NCBI GenBank assembly: GCA_030618505.1
Contig: JAUXDF010000002.1
Coordinates: 1-38,661 of the forward strand
Direction: 5' to 3'
Length of the DNA: 38,661 bases
Origin: Spongiibacteraceae bacterium
GTDB lineage: Bacteria; Pseudomonadota; Gammaproteobacteria; Pseudomonadales; PIVM01
The position numbers and the translations under genes were made by a program. The notes under the pieces were generated by a model. The model was not told where the DNA came from and did not search any database. It saw only the letters and a program-made list of their open reading frames with translations. Shown in pieces: positions 1-8,530 of the stretch. Position 1 is the stretch's first letter, and every line of letters starts with the position of its first letter.

Positions 1-52
1 AGACACATTTCTCAGTGGGAAATGGAACGTTATTTTGAAATTATTTAGTGGT

Positions 53-113
53 TTGTAGGGTGCGGCCCCCGCACCATTATTGACCCGAGCGGTGCGGGAG
101 CCACACCCTACAA
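53..113. repeat. Inverted pair of REP-like elements (GTAG-headed GC-rich hairpins)
   Basis: 55-75 GTAGGGTGCGGCCCCCGCACC contains the hairpin GGTGCGG-CCC-CCGCACC. 91-113 is its reverse complement with 2 mismatches. A third copy lies at 34440-34460. Confidence 0.7.
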
Positions 114-116
114 GCC

Positions 117-154
117 ATAGCATTAGCGCTTGCTAATATAGCATCCCCTATAAT
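117..154 (+). promoter_or_regulatory. Candidate operator/promoter of the ArsR-family gene
   Basis: Perfect palindrome ATTAGC-GCTT-GCTAAT at 122-137. It is flanked by direct repeats ATAGCAT at 117-123 and 138-144. TATAAT at 149-154 lies about 40 nt upstream of the ATG at 195. Confidence 0.4.
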
Positions 155-194
155 AGACTCAGCACTTCAGATCAAATGAACAAAGTACTGAGTA

Positions 195-506
195 ATGAAT
201 CAAGCCAAGCCAGACTTGCAGGAAATGCAGGATCACGCCAAGACAGCCAGTGATTTGCTTAAGAGCCTGTCCAATCCTAACCGATTATTAATATTGTGCA
301 GTTTGATCGATAATGAACTTTCCGTAAGCGAATTAAACCAGCTAGTTACACTCAGCCAATCGGCGCTATCACAGCATCTGGCGTGGCTTCGCAAGCAAGA
401 GCTGGTCACCACTCGGCGCGAAGCGCAAACCATTTACTATCGACTTAGCGGCAATAAAGCCAGCCGGATAATACATGTTCTCCATGATATCTATTGTAGT
501 TCCTAG
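195..506 (+). CDS. ArsR/SmtB-family winged-helix repressor, BigR/SqrR-like two-cysteine type
   Basis: 103 aa. HTH region ELSVSELNQLVTLSQSALSQHLAWLRKQELV. Only two Cys residues: C35 in NRLLILCSL and C101 near the C-terminus, spaced 66 residues apart. Confidence 0.8.
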   Translation: MNQAKPDLQEMQDHAKTASDLLKSLSNPNRLLILCSLIDNELSVSELNQLVTLSQSALSQHLAWLRKQELVTTRREAQTIYYRLSGNKASRIIHVLHDIYCSS

Positions 507-584
507 TATTATTTTCCCTCTGCGCAAGCAAACAATATAAAACAGCTCTAAGAACTGCAGCTAATCACATTCGGGAAACTATTG

Positions 585-2171
585 ATGTTTGACTATATCG
601 TTATCGGTGCAGGATCTGCCGGCTGTGTTATTGCCAGCCGACTTTCAGAAAATCCTGACAATAAAGTGCTACTCCTTGAAGCTGGCCCCAAAGACAGTAA
701 TCCGATGATCCATATGCCGGGTGGCTGTGCTGAAGTTTTAAAGAGTAAGACCCTCAACTGGCAACTTTGGTCAACACCACAGAAAGAACTAAATAATCGC
801 AAGCTCTTTGTGCCACGCGGGCGCACACTGGGTGGCTCCAGCAGTGCCAATGGCATGATTTATATTCGTGGTCACGCCAGCGATTATGATGACTGGGCAA
901 CCGCCGGCAACAAGGGATGGAGTTATAAAGAGATCCTCCCCTACTTTAAAAAATCCGAGGATCAGGTACGCGGAGAAAATGCCTACCACGGTAGCGGTGG
1001 TGCACTCCACGTGCAAAATTCTCCTTCGGACAACCCGCTTTTTGATCTTTTTGTTGAAGCGGGAAAAGAAATTGGCTGGCCTTATAACGATGATTTTAAT
1101 GGTGAAACACAGGACGGTATAGGCCGCTTCCAATGCACTATTAAAAATGGCAAACGACAAAGTAGCGCTGTTGCCTTTCTGAACCCTGCGCTCAAAAGAC
1201 CCAACCTGACAGTAATAACCGGCGCTAATGTTGAACAGCTTATTGTTAAAAATGATCGTGTCACTGGCGTCAAATATAGCAAGGGACGTTCAAGCGAAAC
1301 TGTGAATATTAACAAAGAAGTTGTACTCAGTGCCGGCACGATAAAAAACCCGCAAATCCTGCAACTCTCCGGCATCGGCAGACCTGATGACCTGGAAAAA
1401 GCAGGCGTAAAAACCTTGCACGAATTGCCCGGGGTAGGTCATAACCTGCAGGAGCACCTCGACCTGGTATCACACTACGAATGCACAAAACCTATCACAC
1501 TCAATGGCGCCCAACGCTGGGATAAACAATTAAAAATCGGTCTGGATTATTTTCTGTTTAAAAAAGGCGTTGCCACTCACAGCAATATTGAAGGTGGTGC
1601 TTTTCTTCGCAGCAATGAGTCGGAATCACGCCCCGATATTCAACTGCATTTTAGCCCGGTTTACATGTTGGATCTCACCGGCCCACTACCCAAAGAGCAT
1701 GGCGTAACACTGCACGCCTGTGTCCTTCGTCCCGAAGCCAAAGGTTCGGTCACGCTGGCCAGCAACAACCCCAACGATGCGCCGCTGATTGATTTTAATT
1801 TTCTCGATAATGATAGCGATTGGCAAAAACTTATCCGCTCTTTTCATATGAGTCGAGAGCTGATGAACAGCAGCGGCTGGCAAGGTTATATCGGCAAACA
1901 ACTGGGAGTCGCCGCCAAGGCCAAGAGCGAAGATGAAATTCGTGAAGCCATACGACAGACCGCCGATACCATATACCACCCGGTGGGCAGCTGTAAGATG
2001 GGTACCGAAGATGATGCGGTTGTCGATGAGCAATTGCGAGTACGTGGTATTGAAGGTTTGCGCGTTGCCGATGCCTCCATCATTCCATCACTGGTTGGCG
2101 GCAACACCAATGCGCCCGCCATTATGATCGGTGAAAAATGTGCGGATATGATGTTGGGGAAAACTATTTAG
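585..2171 (+). CDS. GMC-family FAD oxidoreductase (choline/alcohol dehydrogenase-like)
   Basis: N-terminal FAD fold DYIVIGAGSAGCVIASRLSE, then LLLEAGP. C-terminal HPVGSCKMG and ADASIIP motifs are typical of GMC enzymes. ATG at 585 is preferred over the in-frame TTG at 582. Confidence 0.85.
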   Translation: MFDYIVIGAGSAGCVIASRLSENPDNKVLLLEAGPKDSNPMIHMPGGCAEVLKSKTLNWQLWSTPQKELNNRKLFVPRGRTLGGSSSANGMIYIRGHASDYDDWATAGNKGWSYKEILPYFKKSEDQVRGENAYHGSGGALHVQNSPSDNPLFDLFVEAGKEIGWPYNDDFNGETQDGIGRFQCTIKNGKRQSSAVAFLNPALKRPNLTVITGANVEQLIVKNDRVTGVKYSKGRSSETVNINKEVVLSAGTIKNPQILQLSGIGRPDDLEKAGVKTLHELPGVGHNLQEHLDLVSHYECTKPITLNGAQRWDKQLKIGLDYFLFKKGVATHSNIEGGAFLRSNESESRPDIQLHFSPVYMLDLTGPLPKEHGVTLHACVLRPEAKGSVTLASNNPNDAPLIDFNFLDNDSDWQKLIRSFHMSRELMNSSGWQGYIGKQLGVAAKAKSEDEIREAIRQTADTIYHPVGSCKMGTEDDAVVDEQLRVRGIEGLRVADASIIPSLVGGNTNAPAIMIGEKCADMMLGKTI

Positions 2172-2311
2172 TGCCCATCCATAAACTGGACAAAGAGATC
2201 CTGGCCAACGCAAATCTTGCGACTTAAAGGCCTTGAAAAGGCCTAGGAGCTAGATTTGCGTTGGCCAGGAGCGGACTTGATTTTCGAAAACTTCCGATTT
2301 CTGGTTAGGCA
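2172..2311. mobile_element. MITE-like non-autonomous element with target-site duplication
   Basis: Direct repeat ACTATTTAG at 2163-2171 and 2311-2319 flanks about 140 bp. Termini TGCCCATCCATAAACTGG and the reverse complement of the right end (TGCCTAACCAGAAATCGG) match at 13/18 positions. Internal perfect 17-bp inverted repeat at 2201-2217 and 2252-2268. No ORF. Confidence 0.5.
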
Positions 2312-2579
2312 CTATTTAGCCAGAAGACGGGGACCTGCGGCAAGTAAGCTCTAACCACAACTCCACTCCGAGAATCGAAATAGCCAGATATTTCTATATG
2401 CTGCTTTTGAACATAGCCGTGCTTTAAAATAAGTATTAACTTTTCAATAATCCTAGTAACATCTAATATGAATTACTACTTTCCATTTCCCAATCCCTGC
2501 ATATAATCGAACGGGTACGTCTTTCTCAATCTGCCTACATCAGTTAGCTATATGCTTATCAACACATGGAACCATTACT

Positions 2580-3734
2580 ATGACCGTTAAACCCTCAATT
2601 CGAATCCTTGTCGCCCTCGGTTTAACCTGCCTGTTTTCTCTCCCCGGCATTGCCAACAGCAACCCGGATCTTAATCAGCAGATGGGGAAAATGGCACAAA
2701 GCGTTAAACAGCTCTACCCCATCATTCTCGAAAGTGAGAGCATGAAAAGTGCGGGACAACTGAACGACAATGAAATTACGCAATTAAAAGAAGTAATTAA
2801 AGACTTGCAGCAACACCTTGAACCACTGGAAGCTGTTTTTGAAAAACGCACAGAAACACGACGCATAACCCTGAACACCATTATCGAACATCTGCAGCAG
2901 GCGGAAAATGCCCTCAACAACAATAGACAGGATTACGCAATTAACCTGCTGCGAAGTACCACTTCGCTGTGTATGGCATGTCACACCCAGGACAATACAT
3001 TGCGTTCGCTTGGCACCAACAAGCTCGTCACATTTAAAACCCGCTTTGCCAATGCGGAGTTTCTTTACATGACACGCAGCTATCCGGAGGCGCTAGCCGC
3101 ATTTCAGGATTATATCCAGCAGCGAGGACAAGCCAGTTACGATAAACAAAGCATCGATGCACTAAATCATATTCTGGTCATCTATATTCAGATACTCGAT
3201 CAGCCAGAGGAGGCAATGCAGTATTTCTCATTGCTGCTCAAAAATAACAAACTGGCTAAGAACCTGTCTCAGGATGTCGAACTCTGGCTAAAAGGCTTAC
3301 AAGAATTACCCGCATTAACCCATAAACAGCAGGTCGACTATCAGGGACTTAAAAACCTCGCCAAAGAACATATCTTCCAACACAGCAATCAAAGCGCTCC
3401 CATCCATATCCAGGAACAACAACGGCCCTTTTATATCTGGCTGAGAGGATCTCTCTATAATTTCGCTGACCATAAAGCCAATACAGAACAGATGCCAACT
3501 TTACTCTACTGGCTGGCAATCAGTGACCGGGTTCTTGAGTATCGTTTTTTCTACTCATTGGCCGATTTGTATTTAAAGCAATGCATCATTGCCTACAGCG
3601 ACACCCCGGTAGCAAAACAATGCTATCAGGAATATGAGAACTACATCACCTTTGCCTACTCAGGCTCCGGCGGCACCCATATTCCTGATGATATCCAGGC
3701 GGAATTAAACGCTTTAAAACAAATGCTGCCGTAG
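2580..3734 (+). CDS. Secreted protein with a single CxxCH haem-c motif at the end of a helical N-terminal domain, plus a TPR-like C-terminal domain
   Basis: Signal peptide ending LPGIANS. CMACH at aa 131-135 (nt 2970-2984) is preceded by about 100 aa of helix-like sequence. The rest has no recognisable catalytic motif. Confidence 0.55.
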   Translation: MTVKPSIRILVALGLTCLFSLPGIANSNPDLNQQMGKMAQSVKQLYPIILESESMKSAGQLNDNEITQLKEVIKDLQQHLEPLEAVFEKRTETRRITLNTIIEHLQQAENALNNNRQDYAINLLRSTTSLCMACHTQDNTLRSLGTNKLVTFKTRFANAEFLYMTRSYPEALAAFQDYIQQRGQASYDKQSIDALNHILVIYIQILDQPEEAMQYFSLLLKNNKLAKNLSQDVELWLKGLQELPALTHKQQVDYQGLKNLAKEHIFQHSNQSAPIHIQEQQRPFYIWLRGSLYNFADHKANTEQMPTLLYWLAISDRVLEYRFFYSLADLYLKQCIIAYSDTPVAKQCYQEYENYITFAYSGSGGTHIPDDIQAELNALKQMLP

Positions 3735-3828
3735 TGGAGAACACGAGTAAAAAAGCCGGCGACAAAACTCAGCCTGTCGGAAAATTTCAACTATACTGAG
3801 TTCTATATTTGGCCAATAACAATAGATA

Positions 3829-4968
3829 ATGAAACCAGCTTTAATACTTTCCGGCGGTGGAGCTCGCGGCGCTTATCAGGTGGGTGTACTGAAAGCGGTC
3901 GCTGACCTGCATGAGAAAAACGCCCACAATCCCTTTTCCATCATCAGTGGAACATCTGCTGGTGCCTTGAATGCTGTAGCCCTGGCAGCCTCGGCAAACA
4001 ACTTTCGACTGGCCGTCAGAAAAGTAGAAAAAATCTGGAAAAATCTCCATGTGGATCAGGTGTACCGTTCTACTGGCAAAGACCTGCTCAAAGGCCTTGG
4101 CCGCCTTGGTGCTTCGATGTTTAATGACGGCATAGGGCGAACGCAACCACTAGCCATTTTAAATAACGACCCGCTAAGAGACCTTATTACCCATAGCATT
4201 CAGTTTAAAAATATTCAAAAACGCATAGACAGCGGTTTTCTTGATGCGGTCGCCGTTTCAGCAACCGGTTACACCTCCGGTGAGAGTGTCACCTTTTTTC
4301 AGGGTAAAGAAGATATTGTTAAGTGGCGACGCGGACGACGCGTTGGCGTACCAACCACACTGACGCCATCACACCTGCTGGCATCTTCTGCTATCCCCGC
4401 CATTCTGCCGGCGGAAAAAGTTAGCCGTGAATATTTTGGCGATGGCGCCTTAAGGCAATTGTCTCCCATTTCCCCGGTTTTAAAAATGGGGGCCGATCGT
4501 ATTATGGTCGTGGGAGTCAGCGGTAACACTACGCACATTCCCAAGCATGACCATGAGTCCCACTCCCCCTCAATGGCCCAAATGGTCGGGCATGTATTTA
4601 ACAGCGCATTTATCGACAGCCTGGAACATGATCTGGAAATGCTGGTGAAAATCAATGACCTGCTGGGCATGGTGGCTAATGAAAATCCTCACCGCCCCAC
4701 CGGTGATATGCGCAGAGTCGGCTTACTGGTCATTTACCCCAGCGTTGAGTTTGATGACATCGCCGCAAAACACATTAAGGATTTGCCGCGCGCCATGCGT
4801 ATCGGTATGAAAATTATCGGGGCAACCGACAAAGGCGGTGGCTCCAGCCTTGCCAGCTACCTGCTTTTTGAAAAGGAATTTTGCAAAGAGTTAATCGAAT
4901 ACGGCTACCGGGATGCAATGAACCAAAGGGATGCGATTATGGATTTTTTTGCGCACCCAGGCTCTTAG
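3829..4968 (+). CDS. Patatin-like phospholipase
   Basis: GGGARG oxyanion motif at the N-terminus, GTSAG nucleophile elbow, and downstream FGDGALR (the Asp-Gly of the Ser-Asp dyad). Confidence 0.85.
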   Translation: MKPALILSGGGARGAYQVGVLKAVADLHEKNAHNPFSIISGTSAGALNAVALAASANNFRLAVRKVEKIWKNLHVDQVYRSTGKDLLKGLGRLGASMFNDGIGRTQPLAILNNDPLRDLITHSIQFKNIQKRIDSGFLDAVAVSATGYTSGESVTFFQGKEDIVKWRRGRRVGVPTTLTPSHLLASSAIPAILPAEKVSREYFGDGALRQLSPISPVLKMGADRIMVVGVSGNTTHIPKHDHESHSPSMAQMVGHVFNSAFIDSLEHDLEMLVKINDLLGMVANENPHRPTGDMRRVGLLVIYPSVEFDDIAAKHIKDLPRAMRIGMKIIGATDKGGGSSLASYLLFEKEFCKELIEYGYRDAMNQRDAIMDFFAHPGS

Positions 4969-5033
4969 TTCGACTTATCAAACAAATGGAGCTTTACCCA
5001 CGCTTACGCATGGGATAAAAGAGTAACTGCGGT

Positions 5034-6344
5034 TTAAGCCAAGCGTTTGTAAACCGGCTCATCAGTCACCATATCAACTACTGGCGGACAGTTATTAGAG
5101 ATAGCTCCCATCATGTTGGGTAGCGCTTTAATGTGAGGCCCAAGAACGGGCTTACCAGTATTCATAATCGCCACCGATATGTCACGCTCAGGATCAGCCC
5201 AGCAAAAAATATTAGAAAAACCCACATGCCCATAGGCGTAATGGCTGTTTCGCCCATACATTCCTACCGGTTTAGCACCCAGCATCATTCCCGCACTATA
5301 ACGCATCGGCAAAAACAGGGATTTATCAATTTGCATCTTACCCGTTTCACGCGTTGCACGATGAATCGTCAAAGGATCAAAAATTTTCTTACCCTTCCAC
5401 TCACCATGATTAAGCAGCAACTGATAAAAGCGACTCACTTCTTCAGCCGTCGCATAAATATTTCCCGAGGGCACAATCGTCTGGTAGAACTGCTCGCTGT
5501 TAGATAGCTCCACACAGTCTTCAACGTCAACAGAAAGTACTTTTTTCAATACACCGCCAATGACACGCCCATTACGCAAACCGGAAGTATAATTAATGGC
5601 GACCTTGTTATAATCTTTTTTATCAAGACCGTAACGAAAATATTTCATCCCCATCGGCTTACGAATATATTTATCAAGATACTGCTGAATATCCATTCCC
5701 GTGGTAACACGAATCAGCTCATCAATAATAAAACCGCCAGTGACTGCATGATAAGCCATCACCCTGCCATCAGGGTCGTTGGGTTCGGCCTCGCAGATCT
5801 GCCTCACTGTCTCGTCGCGATCAAACTCTTCACTAGGTTCGCCAGGAAGATTAGGCACGCCGCCACGATGGGAGAGCATTTGCTGAATAGTAATATTACC
5901 CTTTCCTTTGGCCGCAAATGCAGGAATGTAATAACTCACCGGGTCAAGCAAATTGATTTTTCCCTGCTCTGCTAACAAGTGAGCCAACATCGCACTGATG
6001 GATTTTGACGCAGAGAACAAACAAACAGGCGTATCGAGGGTGGCGATCACAGGATCTTCCACCTGCTCTGCAAAACTGACACCGCGAGCATAGCCAATTG
6101 AGCGATTCAAAAACACTTTGCCATGCCTTCGAATACAAACACTTAACATGGGGTGAATACCGGTGCGAAAAAAATCCTCAATCGTTGACCAGATTTCCTC
6201 GACGGCTTCTGGCGTCAAACCAACATCTCGCGGTGCAGCCTCCCCTTTCTTGTCAATGTCGGTAATTGAGGTCAGGTCTTCGGGAATATCAATGGCACGA
6301 AAGGCTCGGCGATAAATCGCTTTACTGAACTTTTGATATATCAT
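5034..6344 (-). CDS. Serine hydrolase, beta-lactamase/esterase (class C-like) family
   Basis: SxxK motif in LFSASKSISAM. 436-455 aa. The longest ORF extends to 6401, but AGGAG (complement of 6352-6356) sits 7 nt upstream of the ATG at 6344. Confidence 0.75.
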   Translation of the reverse strand: MIYQKFSKAIYRRAFRAIDIPEDLTSITDIDKKGEAAPRDVGLTPEAVEEIWSTIEDFFRTGIHPMLSVCIRRHGKVFLNRSIGYARGVSFAEQVEDPVIATLDTPVCLFSASKSISAMLAHLLAEQGKINLLDPVSYYIPAFAAKGKGNITIQQMLSHRGGVPNLPGEPSEEFDRDETVRQICEAEPNDPDGRVMAYHAVTGGFIIDELIRVTTGMDIQQYLDKYIRKPMGMKYFRYGLDKKDYNKVAINYTSGLRNGRVIGGVLKKVLSVDVEDCVELSNSEQFYQTIVPSGNIYATAEEVSRFYQLLLNHGEWKGKKIFDPLTIHRATRETGKMQIDKSLFLPMRYSAGMMLGAKPVGMYGRNSHYAYGHVGFSNIFCWADPERDISVAIMNTGKPVLGPHIKALPNMMGAISNNCPPVVDMVTDEPVYKRLA

Positions 6345-6514
6345 GGTCATGCTCCTGAGAGGCGAATAAAGCTTATTAAGATTGTCTACTATGCTTTCCA
6401 CATTAACGGAAATTTTGCGCTTTTCAACATAGAAATTTCGAGCTTTGGTGTATTATGACCTTAGACTTCACTAATATATGATCCATATCAAGCCCATAAA
6501 GGCACGAGCCCCAA

Positions 6515-7123
6515 ATGAACAGCAGTCACGACCAACTAGTCTACGATATTGGCAACAAACGTTATATTAACCTTGGTAAACACTGCACGCTGAAATGTAC
6601 CTTTTGCCCAAAAACCCAGGGGAACTGGGATTTACACGAATATAATCTGTCATTGCACCAGCAGCCCAAAGCGCAAGACATTATCGCGTTAATCGGTGAC
6701 CCGAAGGAATTTGAAGAAATTGTTTTCTGCGGTTATAGCGAGCCCACCCTGCGACTAAAAGAGTTGCTGCTTGTTGCTCAGGCAATTAAAGACCAGGGTG
6801 GTCGCGTGCGTCTCAATACTGATGGCCTGGCCAACCTGGTTCATCAGCGTAATGTACTGCCCGAATTGGCTCAATGTGTCGATGCCCTATCCATTTCGAT
6901 GAATGCGCATACAGAAGAAATTTATAATAAGCACTGCCAGCCCGGACTACCCAAGGCATTTGATGCGATGTTGGAATTTATTGAGCTAGCCACAAAAACT
7001 ATTGATGATGTGACAGCCACTGCAATTGACGGTTTGGAAGGTGTGGATATTGCTATTTGCCAGCAAATGGCCGAACAGCGTGGGGCGAAATTTCGTCGTC
7101 GGGTACTGGATATTGTTGGGTAA
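6515..7123 (+). CDS. Small radical SAM protein (resembles the TatD-associated radical SAM family)
   Basis: CX3CX2C cluster motif CTLKCTFC at aa 24-31. About 200 aa. The family assignment is from memory and needs an HMM check. Confidence 0.6.
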   Translation: MNSSHDQLVYDIGNKRYINLGKHCTLKCTFCPKTQGNWDLHEYNLSLHQQPKAQDIIALIGDPKEFEEIVFCGYSEPTLRLKELLLVAQAIKDQGGRVRLNTDGLANLVHQRNVLPELAQCVDALSISMNAHTEEIYNKHCQPGLPKAFDAMLEFIELATKTIDDVTATAIDGLEGVDIAICQQMAEQRGAKFRRRVLDIVG

Positions 7124-7149
7124 TTATTCAGCATCGCTTTGAACCCTCC

Positions 7150-7235
7150 GTTTTCGTCATCCTCGAAGTGTTTTATCGGGGATCCAGAGTTCTGAAAGCT
7201 GGATTCCGGCTAAAAGACTGCCGGAATGACGAACT
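7150..7235. repeat. Composite palindromic intergenic element (nested hairpins)
   Basis: TTCGTCAT 7153-7160 pairs with ATGACGAA 7226-7233. GGGATCCAG 7179-7187 pairs with CTGGATTCC 7199-7207 (8/9). CCGGC 7206-7210 pairs with GCCGG 7220-7224. Confidence 0.5.
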
Positions 7236-7381
7236 TTGTGCCTTTGTTAAATAGTTACGTTGTTGGCTAAATAACAGCCTCTCGACAGCAAAAATGTCGG
7301 CAGTAGCAATCATTCAAATACTCGCTTACCATAACGACCATCAAAATCAGCACAAAAACAACAGTAAGGGAATAAGCAGCT

Positions 7382-8503
7382 ATGACTCTATCCTGGCAAA
7401 GGGTTCTATCAGGTGTATTTATCGCAGCAGCGTTAACTGCCTGCAGTAAAGATAAGGAAGTTTCAAGCAAACCTCCCATTCGACCCGTCAAACTGTTTAC
7501 CGTTGCCAGCGGAGACGGCAGTGCGATACGCAAATTTCCTGGCCGAATTGAAGCCTCCCAACAAGCCGAGCTGGGCTTTAGGGTTAGCGGTACTGTTGAA
7601 GAACTTGCTGTAAAAGAAGGCGATCAGGTCACAGAGGGGCAAGTACTCGCCCGCCTGGATGCCACCGATTTTCGCATCACCGTAGAAGACCGTCAGGCCA
7701 CATTTGATAATGCCAATCGTAATTTCGCCCGCGCTAAAGACCTCGTTGCCGAAGGTGCTATCTCCAAGCTGGATTATGATCGTATGGAGGCTAATTTTAA
7801 AACCAGCCGGGCCGCCCTCAGTGCCGCTAAACAGAACCTCGCTTACACTCAGTTAAGAGCGCCTTTTACAGGACAAATTGCCCGCCGTCATATCGATAAT
7901 TTTGAAGAAATTCAGGCCAAGCAGGAAATCTTCAGCCTGCAAAACACTAATGACCTAGACGTTATTATCGATTTGCCCGAATCTGTAATCAGAAACCTGC
8001 GCAGCGATGATGGCGATGTTGAGCCAAAAAAACAGGGCGTCCCTATGTATGCCGAATTTGAAGGTAAGGTAGATGCCAAATTCCCCCTTAAAATCAAGGA
8101 AATTGCCACCCGAGCAGATCGCGATACTCAGACCTTTCAGGTCAGGATGACCATGTCGGCACCCGCTAATTTTATTGTACTGCCAGGCATGACCGCCAAT
8201 GTCACAGTAGACTTCAGTCAGTTTTCCAACAATGCAGCAGTATTTTTGGTTCCTTCCAGCTCAGTCATTTCTGACCAGGATCTTAATGCCCAGTTATGGG
8301 TACTGGATCTGGACAGTATGACAGTTAAGAGCCGCGAAATTACTATTGGTCGTATGACAGGCACCATGATTGAAGTGAAAAGCGGCTTGACCGGCAATGA
8401 AGAAATTGTCAGCGTTGGCGCGGCCTACCTTGCCGAGGACATGCGAGTATCGCGTATGATTCAATCGGAGCAAGCCCTTCCCCGCTCGGATGACCCTAGC
8501 TAA
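7382..8503 (+). CDS. RND efflux periplasmic adaptor (membrane fusion protein), lipoprotein
   Basis: Lipobox LTAC at aa 19-22. HlyD/MFP-like barrel-sandwich and coiled-coil sequence. Lies immediately upstream of the RND permease. Confidence 0.85.
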   Translation: MTLSWQRVLSGVFIAAALTACSKDKEVSSKPPIRPVKLFTVASGDGSAIRKFPGRIEASQQAELGFRVSGTVEELAVKEGDQVTEGQVLARLDATDFRITVEDRQATFDNANRNFARAKDLVAEGAISKLDYDRMEANFKTSRAALSAAKQNLAYTQLRAPFTGQIARRHIDNFEEIQAKQEIFSLQNTNDLDVIIDLPESVIRNLRSDDGDVEPKKQGVPMYAEFEGKVDAKFPLKIKEIATRADRDTQTFQVRMTMSAPANFIVLPGMTANVTVDFSQFSNNAAVFLVPSSSVISDQDLNAQLWVLDLDSMTVKSREITIGRMTGTMIEVKSGLTGNEEIVSVGAAYLAEDMRVSRMIQSEQALPRSDDPS

Positions 8504-8530
8504 CCATCATCAGCCTGAAAGGAAACACCT

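Noticed and set aside
1-48. Open frame RHISQWEMERYFEII* ending at TAG 46-48, possibly the 3' end of an upstream gene
   Set aside because: Only 15 codons are visible with no recognisable motif. It cannot be supported as a feature.
585-2171. Naming the GMC oxidoreductase betA (choline dehydrogenase)
   Set aside because: No betB, betI or betT is nearby, and GMC subfamilies cannot be told apart by eye. The family-level call is kept.
7267-7533. 88-aa minus-strand ORF spanning the RND adaptor start
   Set aside because: It overlaps the well-supported lipoprotein start and the intergenic leader. It has no RBS or motifs.
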